A stretch of 64,000 bases of DNA from Octopus sinensis (Eukaryota): contig NW_021836000.1 in assembly GCF_006345805.1 (NCBI RefSeq), forward strand, positions 62,001 through 126,000, written 5' to 3'. Made by a program: the position numbers and the translations under genes. Below the pieces are notes generated by a model. The model did no database searches. It had not been told where the DNA came from and saw only the letters and a program-made list of their open reading frames with translations. Below, in pieces: positions 48,433-59,749 of the stretch. Positions within the stretch are counted from its first letter, which is position 1, and each line of letters opens with the position of its first letter.

Positions 48433-49236
48433 ATAAAAATGAATATATATAATAGGAAGAAAATCAATTAAAAATATGCATTCAATTGAGATTAAACTAG
48501 TAAGACAATAGACACAAATTAACTGGTAAAATAACTTTTTTCAAGGTATTCTACATGTACCTAATATTTAATCAGCAATAAAATGCATATAGAAAATTAT
48601 ACTTTAAAAAATTTTGAATAAAAAGTAATAATCAACGTACAAAAACAAAACAAACACAACAACAGGAAAGCGTGCAGAACACGCTATTGATAATAATTCG
48701 ATATTTTTATTTATTTAAAAAATAAATATTTTTAGAAAATATATAAGTTATAATTCGATAATTGATTATATAACTTGATTATTGAAAATCCTATGAATAG
48801 AATTGTTTTTATTGTCCAAAAAACTAAAACGTAACGAACAAGGAGAAATCGTTAACGGAAGATAAAAACAAAACACCGAAGTGTCTCTTTCAGTGTATAC
48901 GCCAAGTATTGTGTTCAAACACAAGTTTTCTTCAGGACCATCGGGATTGTGGCCGCAGAAGATACTTGAGAGTCTTCAAACCTTCCTCAAGTTGTCTCCG
49001 TAAGCCAATTTCAATACGAAACGTTTTATCTTTTCCAACTACAGTGAATACCCCCAAATTCGCCATTTTTAAATTCGCCAATTCTTAGATTAGCCTTTTT
49101 TAAAAAATTTTAGTTTCAATGGAGATTCGCCAATTCTGAAATTCGCCACAATTTTTTACAATTTTTAAATACAAAATAAAAAAATATTGATAAATAATGC
49201 ATTTTTAAAATCATGCTCACGGTGGGTTTAGTACTA

Positions 49237-49320
49237 CAGTCTAACCCCGGGGTGGGGCACCAAAGTGCCCCAGAAAGCGGGGGTGCCCTTCTAAACAAGG
49301 AGTCTGATTCAAACTACTGA
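49237..49320 (+). mobile_element. Left end of the pogo-like family whose right ends are at 4286 and 18965
   Basis: TA|CAGTCTAACCCCGGGGTGGGGCACCAAAGTGCCCCAGAAAGCGG. Confidence 0.7.
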
Positions 49321-49482
49321 ATTATTTTTCAACGACTTTAATTACACATTTATTTCTAAGATTCCTTGTGATGGCATATCTTAAATAGACGTCAATAACA
49401 GTTAACAACCACGAAAATTGATCATGGTCATTTACAAACCTTGAAAACTAAAATTAACTGAAAAGGTTAGATGCTAGCTAGT

Positions 49483-49606
49483 GTGGGTGGCTGAAAGAGT
49501 AGTCGAGAGCCTAAGGGTCACTCCAACGACTCCGCGCTGCGTATTGAATAATAGTTTTACGGAGCACGGCGACCGATATTCGCTGAAAAAGCCAGCTCGT
49601 CTCCCC
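49483..49606 (-). mobile_element. Diverged 3'-end remnant of a lineage-2-like CRE element
   Basis: ETSWLFQRISVAVLR plus a 3' UTR resembling AGGCTCTCGAC..CAGCCACCCA of lineage 2. Confidence 0.8.
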
Positions 49607-49659
49607 CCGAACGTAAAAAACCTTGAAAATAACACAATTTTATATTTTTAGATTAATCA

Positions 49660-49960
49660 GAAAATCTGAAACCTCTAATTCGGTACATCCACGAAAATAT
49701 GACTTACGTCGTTATATTGTTTTGGTCGGACTGCAGACTGGCATTCATCGCAGTCTCTTACCACCAGAAGAATAATATTTCTTTAGCAAAACAAAATGGT
49801 TTTCTAAACAATTCTTCTAATGCATTGTGTCCACAATAATTAGCGTCGTAAATCTCTTCTTCAATTGTTCGCATCTTCTGTTTGTTGGTTGAGGTAATAA
49901 CAAGCCTGTGAATAGATAAAGAATCTTAGAGATAGAGCTTTTCGTCTATTAAAACGAATT
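49660..49960 (-). pseudogene. Ginger-like integrase N-terminal fragment
   Basis: ..CGHNALEE.. and (frameshift) VVRDCDECQSAVRPK..PN*RFQI. Confidence 0.55.
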
Positions 49961-51349
49961 TTTTAGCCTTCTTTGTTAGTTTATACACCAAGAAGTTGAT
50001 ATATTCAGTTCTTGTTTTTCGATCATAGCTGAGTAACATCTTAGCTGAATATAATATGAAAATAGTGAGGAATATTGATTATATATTTTGAAGTTGAAAA
50101 GCATAGATACATTCAAGATAGCCAAGATAGTGAGAAAGAGCTCAAACGTACAATAATTTGATAAATTTAGAATACTAACAAGTCTTGAGACTTGGAAATG
50201 TTTAAAAGTCGTCCGATAAACAAGTTGATTTAAGAATGAGATTAAAAAATGAAGAGGAGATAGATTTAGCATATTCGACTCTATTGAAAAAACTATACCA
50301 TTTTCAGTTTAATATTGACATTTTTTGCATCAATTTTGACTATGAAATAATCAATATTGACATTTCTACATCAAGTTTGAAAAAAATTTGGCCGTTCATG
50401 CATCCTTCGTTCTCTCTCAATCCTGCGAGACAATATAGATAAAGCATTATTATTAAACAAAATTTCAAATGGAAAATTGGTTTTTTTCAATATTTTCTTT
50501 TTAAACATTTTACTTATTTAATACATAGGAATTCTCTCTAGCAGTCATCGTTATGCCTGGTTTTATGTGTCCGTGATTGAAGTGAAAATATTGAAATTAA
50601 AATATTTTCAATCTAAAAAGGTTGAATATACATCGGAAATACGGTAATAATTTCTTTTGGAAATTATGAATGTTATGCTATGAAATTTTGTGTCTTATTT
50701 GTATCACTAATTCTGTTTTAAAAGAAATAGACTCTACTGATTTTGATCGTAGAAAAATATCAATTCTAACATAAGTTTTAAAAATATTAAAATTCCTCCA
50801 GCTAATATAGATAATTTAAGTGTATTATTAATAATGTTTTTAATTTTAATTTTTTTATAAAAAGTCAGTAATTTAAATAAATATTCCACGTATTCACCAC
50901 GTGGTGTTTGTTCCACTGTGCTTCATTATTTTTTTGTTGTTAAATCTAACTTTTAGTCCCTATTTTATATGATTTTTATTCAATTTTTATCAAGAATATA
51001 TTCAATAAATGCATTTTAGTAAAAATTAAATACGTTTTTCATTTGTCAAATATTTTCAAACAGAAAATTAGTCAAATTGATTTTCATTCTCTTATCAATG
51101 ATTTAATTTTTATTTAAAATGCCTTTTTATTTATTATATAACCTGGGTTTAGATTGACTATTACCAATTTTCCACAATCAATTACAAATTTTTTTGGACT
51201 AACACAAATTTATGCTTGAGCCAGACAAACATAATTTTCAATCCGTCCTTTAGCAGGCAAATAAATCCATTGGAACAGCGTTCAGCACTGATTTTGCCAA
51301 TGATTTTAATTTTTACATCAGTAGAGGAAATTATAGAAATGATCAAAGA

Positions 51350-52760
51350 ACCGGAAACCAATTAAGACGAATTTGTACTCCTCCACTTAAGCAAAGTTCT
51401 TGAGTTCTCGGAAGTATTAACCGAGAAATGCTTTTGAAAACTTGTCATCTAAGATTTTTGAAGTAAGTAAAAGGTCTGCAAGACTTAACTTGTATGATTT
51501 AATCGAACGAATGATATTATTGCTTCCTCTTGCCTACCTTGATAGAAGTCAACAATGTTTATCTCGACATCTTTGAAATTGGTAATCTGATTTCGTATTG
51601 TCTCAATTTGTTTGGAATAAAATGAAATTAATCAAATTCCTGTTAGATGAAATTTACCGTCAATGAATCGATTTATAAATTTGGTTACAATATCGGCCTT
51701 GTCTTTAAAAATTATTACAAATATAACGTGGATTATGTTTTGAACCTTGTTGTGTACTACTTTCAAAATAATTACATTTTGTTGTATCAATTAGTATAAC
51801 CGAGGAAGAAGTAAATTTTTTCCGAATGACTGGAATTTTATTACAAAGTAATAATTAACTTTGAAATCAGAGAAGATTCTTTTTGACTGTAGAATGTGGA
51901 ATAAGTTTTCCAGTATAGAATTCGTTAGAGGGAAATTTCCTAATTGTTTCGTTCATTCGATATTGAATTGTCAACATATTTACATTTTGTGGATAAAGAA
52001 CTGAAACTTTTTCATTAGGGATACAGATAAATCCCGCCTTTCTGCTTTAATTCGAATTAATCCACGATAATATTACTTTTTGATTTAATTATCGGAGGTA
52101 ATTGGGAATCATCACCTGCCATTTTGCATTTTTTGGACAATAGTAGTCCGATACACCCCGCAGATTCCAAAGCCTAAATATAATTACAAATTAATAAGAC
52201 TTGGGTGCATTCATCAATTATGATAACATCAAATTTTTCAGGAAACGAATTTAGTTTTGAAGCACCAGCTAATGTGGTAAACACAATTCTAGAAACCCGA
52301 ATTATCTCTTCTATCTCAGTTCTTCTGACGTTATTATTAATGTTCATATTATCTCGACGTGCTTCAGAATTGAATATATAAATAAACTCTGGAATCACTT
52401 CTGAATTTTTCGATTGACTCCAAAAAATGAGCTGACATTGCCATTTTACTTGAAATCGAGTTGGCTAGACCTCCCTCTAACATTCGAACTTCGTTTCCAA
52501 TTCTTACAAACGAGGCCTCAGGAATGTTTAAGAAACTGAATCGGTCAAGTAAATTATCTGCAGCAGTATTTGAAAAGCAGTTACCAATATCTGTAAATTT
52601 GAGAAAATATAATAACTCGTTTATTTTTATCAATAAATAACTGCTGAATAATTTCTATTAAGACAGTGGTTTTTCCTGTTCCAGCCAGTCCTCGTATAAC
52701 TGCAAGATTCGGTTTAAAAAGGCATATTTAACGGCATCTTTTTTCACATTGTTGAGTTTT
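51350..52760 (-). pseudogene. Upf1/IGHMBP2-like SF1 helicase, frameshifted, with short introns
   Basis: GLAGTGKTT; SNTAADN; IIIDECTQ|ALE; AGDDSQLPP; MLTIQYRM..FPSNEFY; IVDFYQGR. Introns 52591-52616, 52174-52200, 52045-52076; several frameshifts. Confidence 0.85.
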
Positions 52761-53539
52761 TGGTAAGCAATTTGATTGAAGAATGCGATTAAAAAGAATG
52801 GAGAGGAGATAGATTTACTATATTTAAAAACTAGGTAAAAAATCTTTTATTTTTTATTAAATAAAATTTCAAATATTTATATTGGAAAATTCCATTTTTC
52901 CAATATTTTACTTTTTCGTGATAGGAAGTTCTGAACTTTATATTCTGAAACACATCTCACTTTCAAATGATACTGTTAGTAGACGAATAAATGATCCTGC
53001 TGAGAATATTTTGTAAATTGTAATTGACTCAATTGGTGTCTAAATTCCAAGATATTTTTCTGATATTTCAGATTTTGATAAATACTATTGTTTTCTGAAC
53101 AACCCATTTTCAATTTCAGTTGAAAATCTTCCGTCTGAAAATTGTATAAATCAGGAAGAATTTATCCACATAAAAAATTATGGATATGAAAACACGTATT
53201 TACTGAAGTTTCGCGAAGCGATTTTTGGATTCAGATGGCTGATTCCTATTCAGATTTGATAAAGATGGTACTTTAAGTGCTTAATCCATTTACAATTAAC
53301 ATATGAGTGTGAGACGGCATTTTCAACATTACCTACCATTAAATCAAAAGTGAAATAGATTAGATGTGTCAAGTGAAGAAAAAAACAAATTAAAAATCAT
53401 TTTTGTTTCAAACAATAATTTATTAAATGTCATTTCTTATAGTAATCAAATCTAAATTATTTCATATAATAAATTTCTACTGAATGTCCAAAATAACCAT
53501 TTATTTGAATAGAGAAAATAAAAAAAATTAATGTTAGTT

Positions 53540-53773
53540 TCAAATTCGATTTCCAATATTATCAATTTTCTCCGACAAAAATTCTATAAACTGTACGATC
53601 ATGTTGATCACATTTAGATCATTCGGTGTCAGATTCTCTTCGTTCAAAAAATATTCGTCCAAACATTGGTTTAATTCTTCAATTATATACATTATGTAGC
53701 AAATTTCATTTAATTCATTTTCAAGATTGTCATTATTCTCATTATTGTTCGGGGTTGGAATTTTTTTCACCAT
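53540..53773 (-). CDS. Small acidic/Asn-rich orphan protein (77 aa)
   Basis: Intact ATG-to-stop frame; paralog at 55587-55820 keeps the same frame with codon-multiple indels. Confidence 0.5.
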   Translation of the reverse strand: MVKKIPTPNNNENNDNLENELNEICYIMYIIEELNQCLDEYFLNEENLTPNDLNVINMIVQFIEFLSEKIDNIGNRI

Positions 53774-55586
53774 TTCTGTTTATTTAAATTTTTTCCTATT
53801 TATAATAAAATTCAATGCGTGGAAAAGATTTTGTTTCAATCTATCATTATTATTCATGAAATTACTATTTTGTTAAAAAATCCAGTTTCTACGATTTAAG
53901 TAAAAAATCTTTTTTAATTTCGTCAAATTTTATTAAACGAGATATATTTTAATTGTTCAAAACTTTTATTTTGCATATTTGATATATTTTTGAGTTTTAA
54001 TATGTCATTGGTTTCATTTATATTATGAGTAATTTATATTTAACGTTATTATGACTCATTTTCTGTGCTAGTTTATTAATTTTTATATTATACAATATAG
54101 AAGCAATTTTTACAATATTTTATTAATACAAAGAAGCTAATTAACTAATTAATTGCCTAAAGTCCTGAGCCTTAGACGTGAACATCAATTTTAACCATAA
54201 ATTAGTATTTATTTGAGACCATAATTTATTTAAAAAATTTAAAAAATAACATAAAACTGAATTACAGCAGACCACGATTAATTTGTATAAAATACGTGAA
54301 GCAAGATATTGGTTTGGCTATCAGTTTTATGTATAGAAATCGAAGACAAAAATGACGCAATTTTGTTATAACATTCGAGAAAGAGTCACCTTTAGAAAGA
54401 ACATGTGTTATATTTTATTAATTAAAACTAAAAAATTTACATATGTATTCATTACCCTTCTGTGTTATTGATTCTTAACTGTATTACAACGATTTTTTAA
54501 GAATTACATTTGTGGATTTTATAATAGGTATTAATAATTTATAGGACAAGATAATAAGAGAAAATATAGAAAATTTTTTTAAACATTTATTAACAAAGGA
54601 GCAACATCTTAGCTAGAATTTATGCAAAGATATGAAAATAGTGAGGAATATTAATTATGTTTTTTGAGGTTGAACAGAAATACGGGATAATTTCTTTTGG
54701 AAATTATGAATGTTATGTTTCGAAATATTATTTTTTATTTGTATAATAATTCTGATTAAAAATAGACTACTGTTTTTGATTGTTGGAGAATATCAATTCT
54801 AACATAAGTTTTAAAAATATTAAAATGCCTCCAGCTAATATAAATGATTTAAATCCATTATTAAACATTTTTTTAATTCTAATTTTTTAGAGAAAAAGTC
54901 AAAAATTAAAATTAATATTCCACATATTCTTACACTGTGTTTTGTTCTTTTGCGTCCCTTTTTTTTGTTAAATCTATCTTTTGGTCCCTATCATATGTTT
55001 TTTTGAAAATTTTTTGAGAATATATTCAATAAATGCATTTTATTAAAAATTAAATACGCTGTTTATTTGTCTAATATTTTCACACAAGAAAATAGTCAAA
55101 TTAATTTTCATTTTCGTATCAATGATTTAATTTTTATTTAAAATGCTTTCTTATTTATCAAATCAGGATTCGCTAAAGATAGTGAGAACCAGAACAACAG
55201 CTTTATTATTTCATTTATATCACGGGTTGGATAATTCCTTCTTAAAATCATGAAAATATTATAGAACTTCGAGACAGCTTTATTTCATTTTAGGACTACT
55301 GGAATAATCTTTACTTCTCATTTGCAAGAAGATAGTTTAAAATTATTTCATTCTTCTGTCTTGTAAACAAAAATATTGAGGTTTATTGAAATGGATTCTT
55401 GTTTTAAGTGGCAACTTTTATTTTGGAATTTTGGGTCGACATTATAGACACATCCGAATGTCCTTTCAGTTTACTGCCTGATCATCCATACGTTTATCAT
55501 AACCGAATGTACAGTGCCTGACAAAAAAAATTGTAGGAAATTGAAATTTATTTTAATAAGAAAAAAATAAAAGAAAGAAATAATAG

Positions 55587-55820
55587 CTAATTATTGTTTC
55601 TGTTTCTGAATCGATTTCTAAGAACATCACATCGCTCCGACAAAAATTGTATAAACTGTTCAATTATGTTGATCACATTTATATCATCCAGCGTCTCCTG
55701 TTCGTTCAACCATATGTTTAGCTGATTAAGAATAGATATTATGTTGATAATTTCAACTATTTCATTCTCAAAATTTCCAGTATTCTCATTATTTTCCGGG
55801 GTTGGAATTCTTTACACCAT
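55587..55820 (-). pseudogene. Paralog of the 53540-53773 orphan ORF with a stop at codon 3
   Basis: MV*RIPTPENNEN..NVINIIEQFIQFLSER... Confidence 0.5.
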
Positions 55821-56225
55821 TTCTGCTTTTCTTCATTTTTGCTATTTTTTGCTATTTAATAATATTCAACGCATGAGAAGATTTTGTTTCAATCTAATAT
55901 TTTTTATGAATTGTAATTTGTCATTAATTTTATACATTTTATGAGTAATTTATATTTGACATTATTGTGACTCATTTCTTTTGCTAGTTTGTTAATTTAA
56001 CGTTTACCAAACAGTTAATATCATAAAGAAGTTGTGAGATGCATTCATTTGCACGTTTGCAGACAGTTTATAGCAGCGATTCTCAAGAAATTTTGAGCCA
56101 GGCGTCGCACAAATTAAATCTTTTTTTATAGAGGTCGCACGATTTTTTTGTCAACTAAATGAAGAAAATATATTTGTTATTTCAGTTTGAACGGAAAAAA
56201 ACACATATAATTTTTGTTTTCCCAC

Positions 56226-56393
56226 ACTAAATGGGATTAACACCAAACTAAGTGGGATTAGCAGAAAACTAAGTGGGATTAGCAGAAAGCTAAATGGGAT
56301 TAGCAGAAAGCTAAATGGGATTAGCAGAAAACTAAATGGGATTAACGTCAAACTAAGTGGGATTAATACCAAACTAGATGGGATTAACACCAA
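56226..56393. repeat. 21-bp minisatellite (8 copies)
   Basis: Unit ACTAAGTGGGATTAGCAGAAA and variants. Confidence 0.95.
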
Positions 56394-57348
56394 AAAATTC
56401 TTTTTTTAAATTTTATGTTAACCATATTTAGTGTGTCGGCAATATTAAATTAAATCTTCTGGAAAATTGGTTAACGAACAAAAATATCAATATTTTTATC
56501 TATTAAATTAAAATATTTAAAACTACCTCAACGCGTTTATTCGATAAAATATTAATTATTTCTGCAGCAGAATAATACGGAGACTCAAACTTATCCATTC
56601 GCAATTCACGATTAGTTCCACAGTTTTTTTAACCCGAACCTATTTATTAATGTTTCTAGTTGGTACTTTATCTCTCACGCTAAAAGTATACTTACTATTA
56701 TTAACATTCATTCTCCTGTTCATAGCTTTGTAATAACCTGAATTTTCATCGATTCGACTGATTTCAAAATTGAATTTCTTCGCAGTTGGAAACAAATTGT
56801 CTGACTGGGAATAATCTAAATATAGATTTTAAATCGAATCAAATGAATTTTCAATAGATTCTGGAGTCGAACAATTAACAAAATTCTCCATTTGTTACTA
56901 AGTCATAAACTCATCACTTAAATTATCAAAGAAAATTTTGATATATGTATAACCATGGATTATTGAATTTATTCCCTTTATTCCTTAGAAAATAAATTGA
57001 CAGGTACGTTGTAAATGTAGAAATCATTTTTTAATTTATCAACCAACTTTTTTCGCTGTTGTCCACTATTTTTGACAACTTCTTGGATATCGTGATTAAA
57101 TTTTTATCGTTTGATTACAATTCCTTGAGCACGAGGATTATTGGGCCTTTTGTGGATTTGTTTGATGTTAAAATCAACGCATAGTTGTGTTGTTTCTTGA
57201 TTTTTAAATTCGGACCCATTGTCCGATTGAAGAAATTTGCATGGTCCATTTAGGTGAAACAAAAATCTAAAGTTTTGACACAATTCTTTACAAAACTTAT
57301 AGAGATCAGTATTCAATTAAAAGTTAAAGAAAATCTGTTATTTAGTAT

Positions 57349-57402
57349 TTAATTAGCAGCAGAGGATAAGATGGAATGGCAATTCCCACGCAAGATGGCT
57401 AT
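57349..57402 (-). mobile_element. Micro-remnant of a CRE-like C-terminus (lineage 5)
   Basis: IAILRGNCHSILSSAAN*, homologous to VAVLRGNCHSIRSAASLS*. Confidence 0.7.
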
Positions 57403-57470
57403 ACCATTTTCAAGTCAATTTGACAATTACAAACTTCAAATGTCATCTGGATAATTCAATTTGTCAATTA

Positions 57471-58296
57471 CACGGGTGACTGGCTCAAAGCTCTCCCCAC
57501 TCCTAGTACGGGGTTACTACTGGACGACGAATCCTTGCGGATTGGGATCAGCTTACGATTGGGTTTGGACATCTGCCAGCCCCACCCTTGCCGGTGCGGG
57601 TCCTCAATTTCGTCAAACGGCTTGCACGCCTTGTCGTGTAAGAAGAGTGCCGGGAGAATTCCCCGTCACACTCATCTGAATGACGTTGTGAGGAGGGCTC
57701 TAGAGTCGGCTGGTTTCCCTTCCACCCTAGAGCCAGTCGGCCTTTCCCGGAGCGACGGCAAGCGTCCCGACGGGATGACGACCTTTCCTTTTAGGGAAGG
57801 CAAGTCCCTGGTTTGGGATGCCACGTGTGTCGACTCTTTTTCGGCGACATTGCTTCCCAGGACTGTCGCAAACCCGGGTGCCGCCAGTGCGCTGGCTGAA
57901 GAGACAAAGAGGACGAAATACCGGTGTATTTCGGACGCTTTTGAGTTTGCCCCCCTCGCCTTCGAAACCTCTGGAATTGTCGGAAAGGCTGCGACTCAAC
58001 TCCTCACCGCCATTGGTAGAAAAATCTCCACAAAAACAAACGACCGGAGGGAGACGAGCTGGCTGTTCCAGCGAATCTCGGTTGCTGTGCTCCGCGGAAA
58101 CTGCCACTCAATACGCAGCGCGGCATCGTTGAGCTGACCCCCAGGCTCTCGACAATTCCCTTAGCCACCCAATTGCTTTAAATTCTTTGTTGTATTTTTT
58201 AGCGAAATCTAAATTTAATAAAATGTACAGGAAACACCAAAAAATGCTTTCTTTATTTAAAGTGATTCAGTTTAATTCAAAATTCACGAATTTTGC
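57471..58296 (+). mobile_element. 5'-truncated lineage-2 CRE-like copy with extra 3' sequence, 12-bp TSD
   Basis: Near-identical to ~15279-15986 then ~118 unrelated nt; ATTTGTCAATTA at 57459-57470 and 58297-58308. Confidence 0.88.
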
Positions 58297-58610
58297 ATTT
58301 GTCAATTATAAATTTCAAATGTCATCTGAAAAAATCAATTTGTCAATTACAAATTTCAAATGTCATCTGAAAAAATCAATTTGTCAATTATAAATTTCAA
58401 ATGTCATCTGAAAAAATCAATTTGTCAATTGTAAATTTCAAACGTCATCTGAAAAAATCAATTTGTCGATTATAAATTCCAAATGTCATCTGGATAATTC
58501 AATTTGTCAATAACAAACTTCAAATGTCATCTGCATAATTCAACTTGTCAATAACAAACTTTAAATGTCATCTGAAAAAATCAATTTGTCAATGTCATCT
58601 GAAATAATTG
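58297..58610. repeat. 41-bp tandem repeat (~7.5 copies, plus 1-2 units at 57412-57470)
   Basis: Unit ATTTGTCAATTATAAATTTCAAATGTCATCTGAAAAAATCA; starts at 58297, 58338, 58379... Confidence 0.95.
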
Positions 58611-59749
58611 AAACATATGAAAATTTTGGCGATTGACAGTCTCTATGTTCCTCTCTTGGAGTTAATTTGAGAACAGCTTATCATTGGATTGAAAATGGTC
58701 TTGCAAATGCAAATCTATAAAAAAATTAAAAAACCAACCTACTATAAATTTCAATGACCGTTAAAATCCATTTGAAATTTTCGTTTAGTGTTTAAAATCT
58801 TTTAGGATCTATCATGTCTATATGAATACGTTCATTTGGAAAATAAGCGAACACATGTTGATTTATATCTCCGATCGACAATTAAAAAAAATCTTGAACT
58901 TTTAAAGGACGGGAAATTTTGCAAACTTCACAATTTCGAATGACTTTTTTGATAGCCTAATTCTTGAGGTGAAATATCTTTGTCGACATTCATATTCAAT
59001 TTTATTTACTCCTCCGTGAGAAAACTCGTGTAATGATTTCGCAACAAACTCCATTTCGGTTTCATTACCGAGGGATATGACTAACTTGGGATCACTTGAT
59101 TTAAGATAAAGTCTGAAAATTTATTTCAAATTTACAAAACCTGCCACTGATAATGGTGAAATTCTCCAGCTTCTTTGTAAGTCTATATTTTCGTTGCCTC
59201 AGAAGATTTTCCGGAAATTTTTCATGTAGTGCATCTTTTAAAATTTGATATTCAACGCAAGCTTTTAAAAAACCCTTATAAGAGGCCATTCCAACAAAAG
59301 AATCTTTCATTCTAAATATCACGCTAGAAATTAAGGTTTGTCGCTATAAAAAATAAAATCTTTATAATCAAAACATTTATAAATAAAAACTAATCTAATT
59401 AGGTCATGATACAAATCGGATATACAAAATTAAATGTCAAATGATCAAAAAACATTTTCAACGAAACTTTCCACATTCTATCCGGAACCCAACTACCTCG
59501 ATAGTGCAGCCAAATACTTTAATAAAGTGATACTCGATGAAAGGGAATTATATGTCCAAAAACGTTTCCGGAAAATATTAAAAAGAAAACAAAACCTAGA
59601 AATTATCGACTGATAAAGAAAAGAAACTTCCTCAAACGCAAAAAATTTCTAACCAAAGAAACAACAGAGAAAAAGGACACTGAATATGGTGATCCGGAGC
59701 AAGGTAGACAGTCAAAAAAGCAAAAAGCTGTGGAGGATATCATCAGCTA

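Larger units (their letters stand above)
57080..59289 (-). pseudogene. Ginger-like integrase split by nested insertions
   Basis: MASYKGF..KYRLTKKLENF; LHEFSHGG..VIRNCEVCK; ERIHIDMID..WILTVIEIYSR|FAFARP (intron 58715-58738). Resumes near 57290 with KELCQNF..LQSDNGSEF..RPNNPRAQG. Confidence 0.8.

Noticed and set aside
57403-58699. 11-bp inverted repeat ACCATTTTCAA bracketing the 41-bp array as a TIR
   Set aside because: It is short and AT-rich, one arm overlaps the integrase R-P codons, and there is no TSD.
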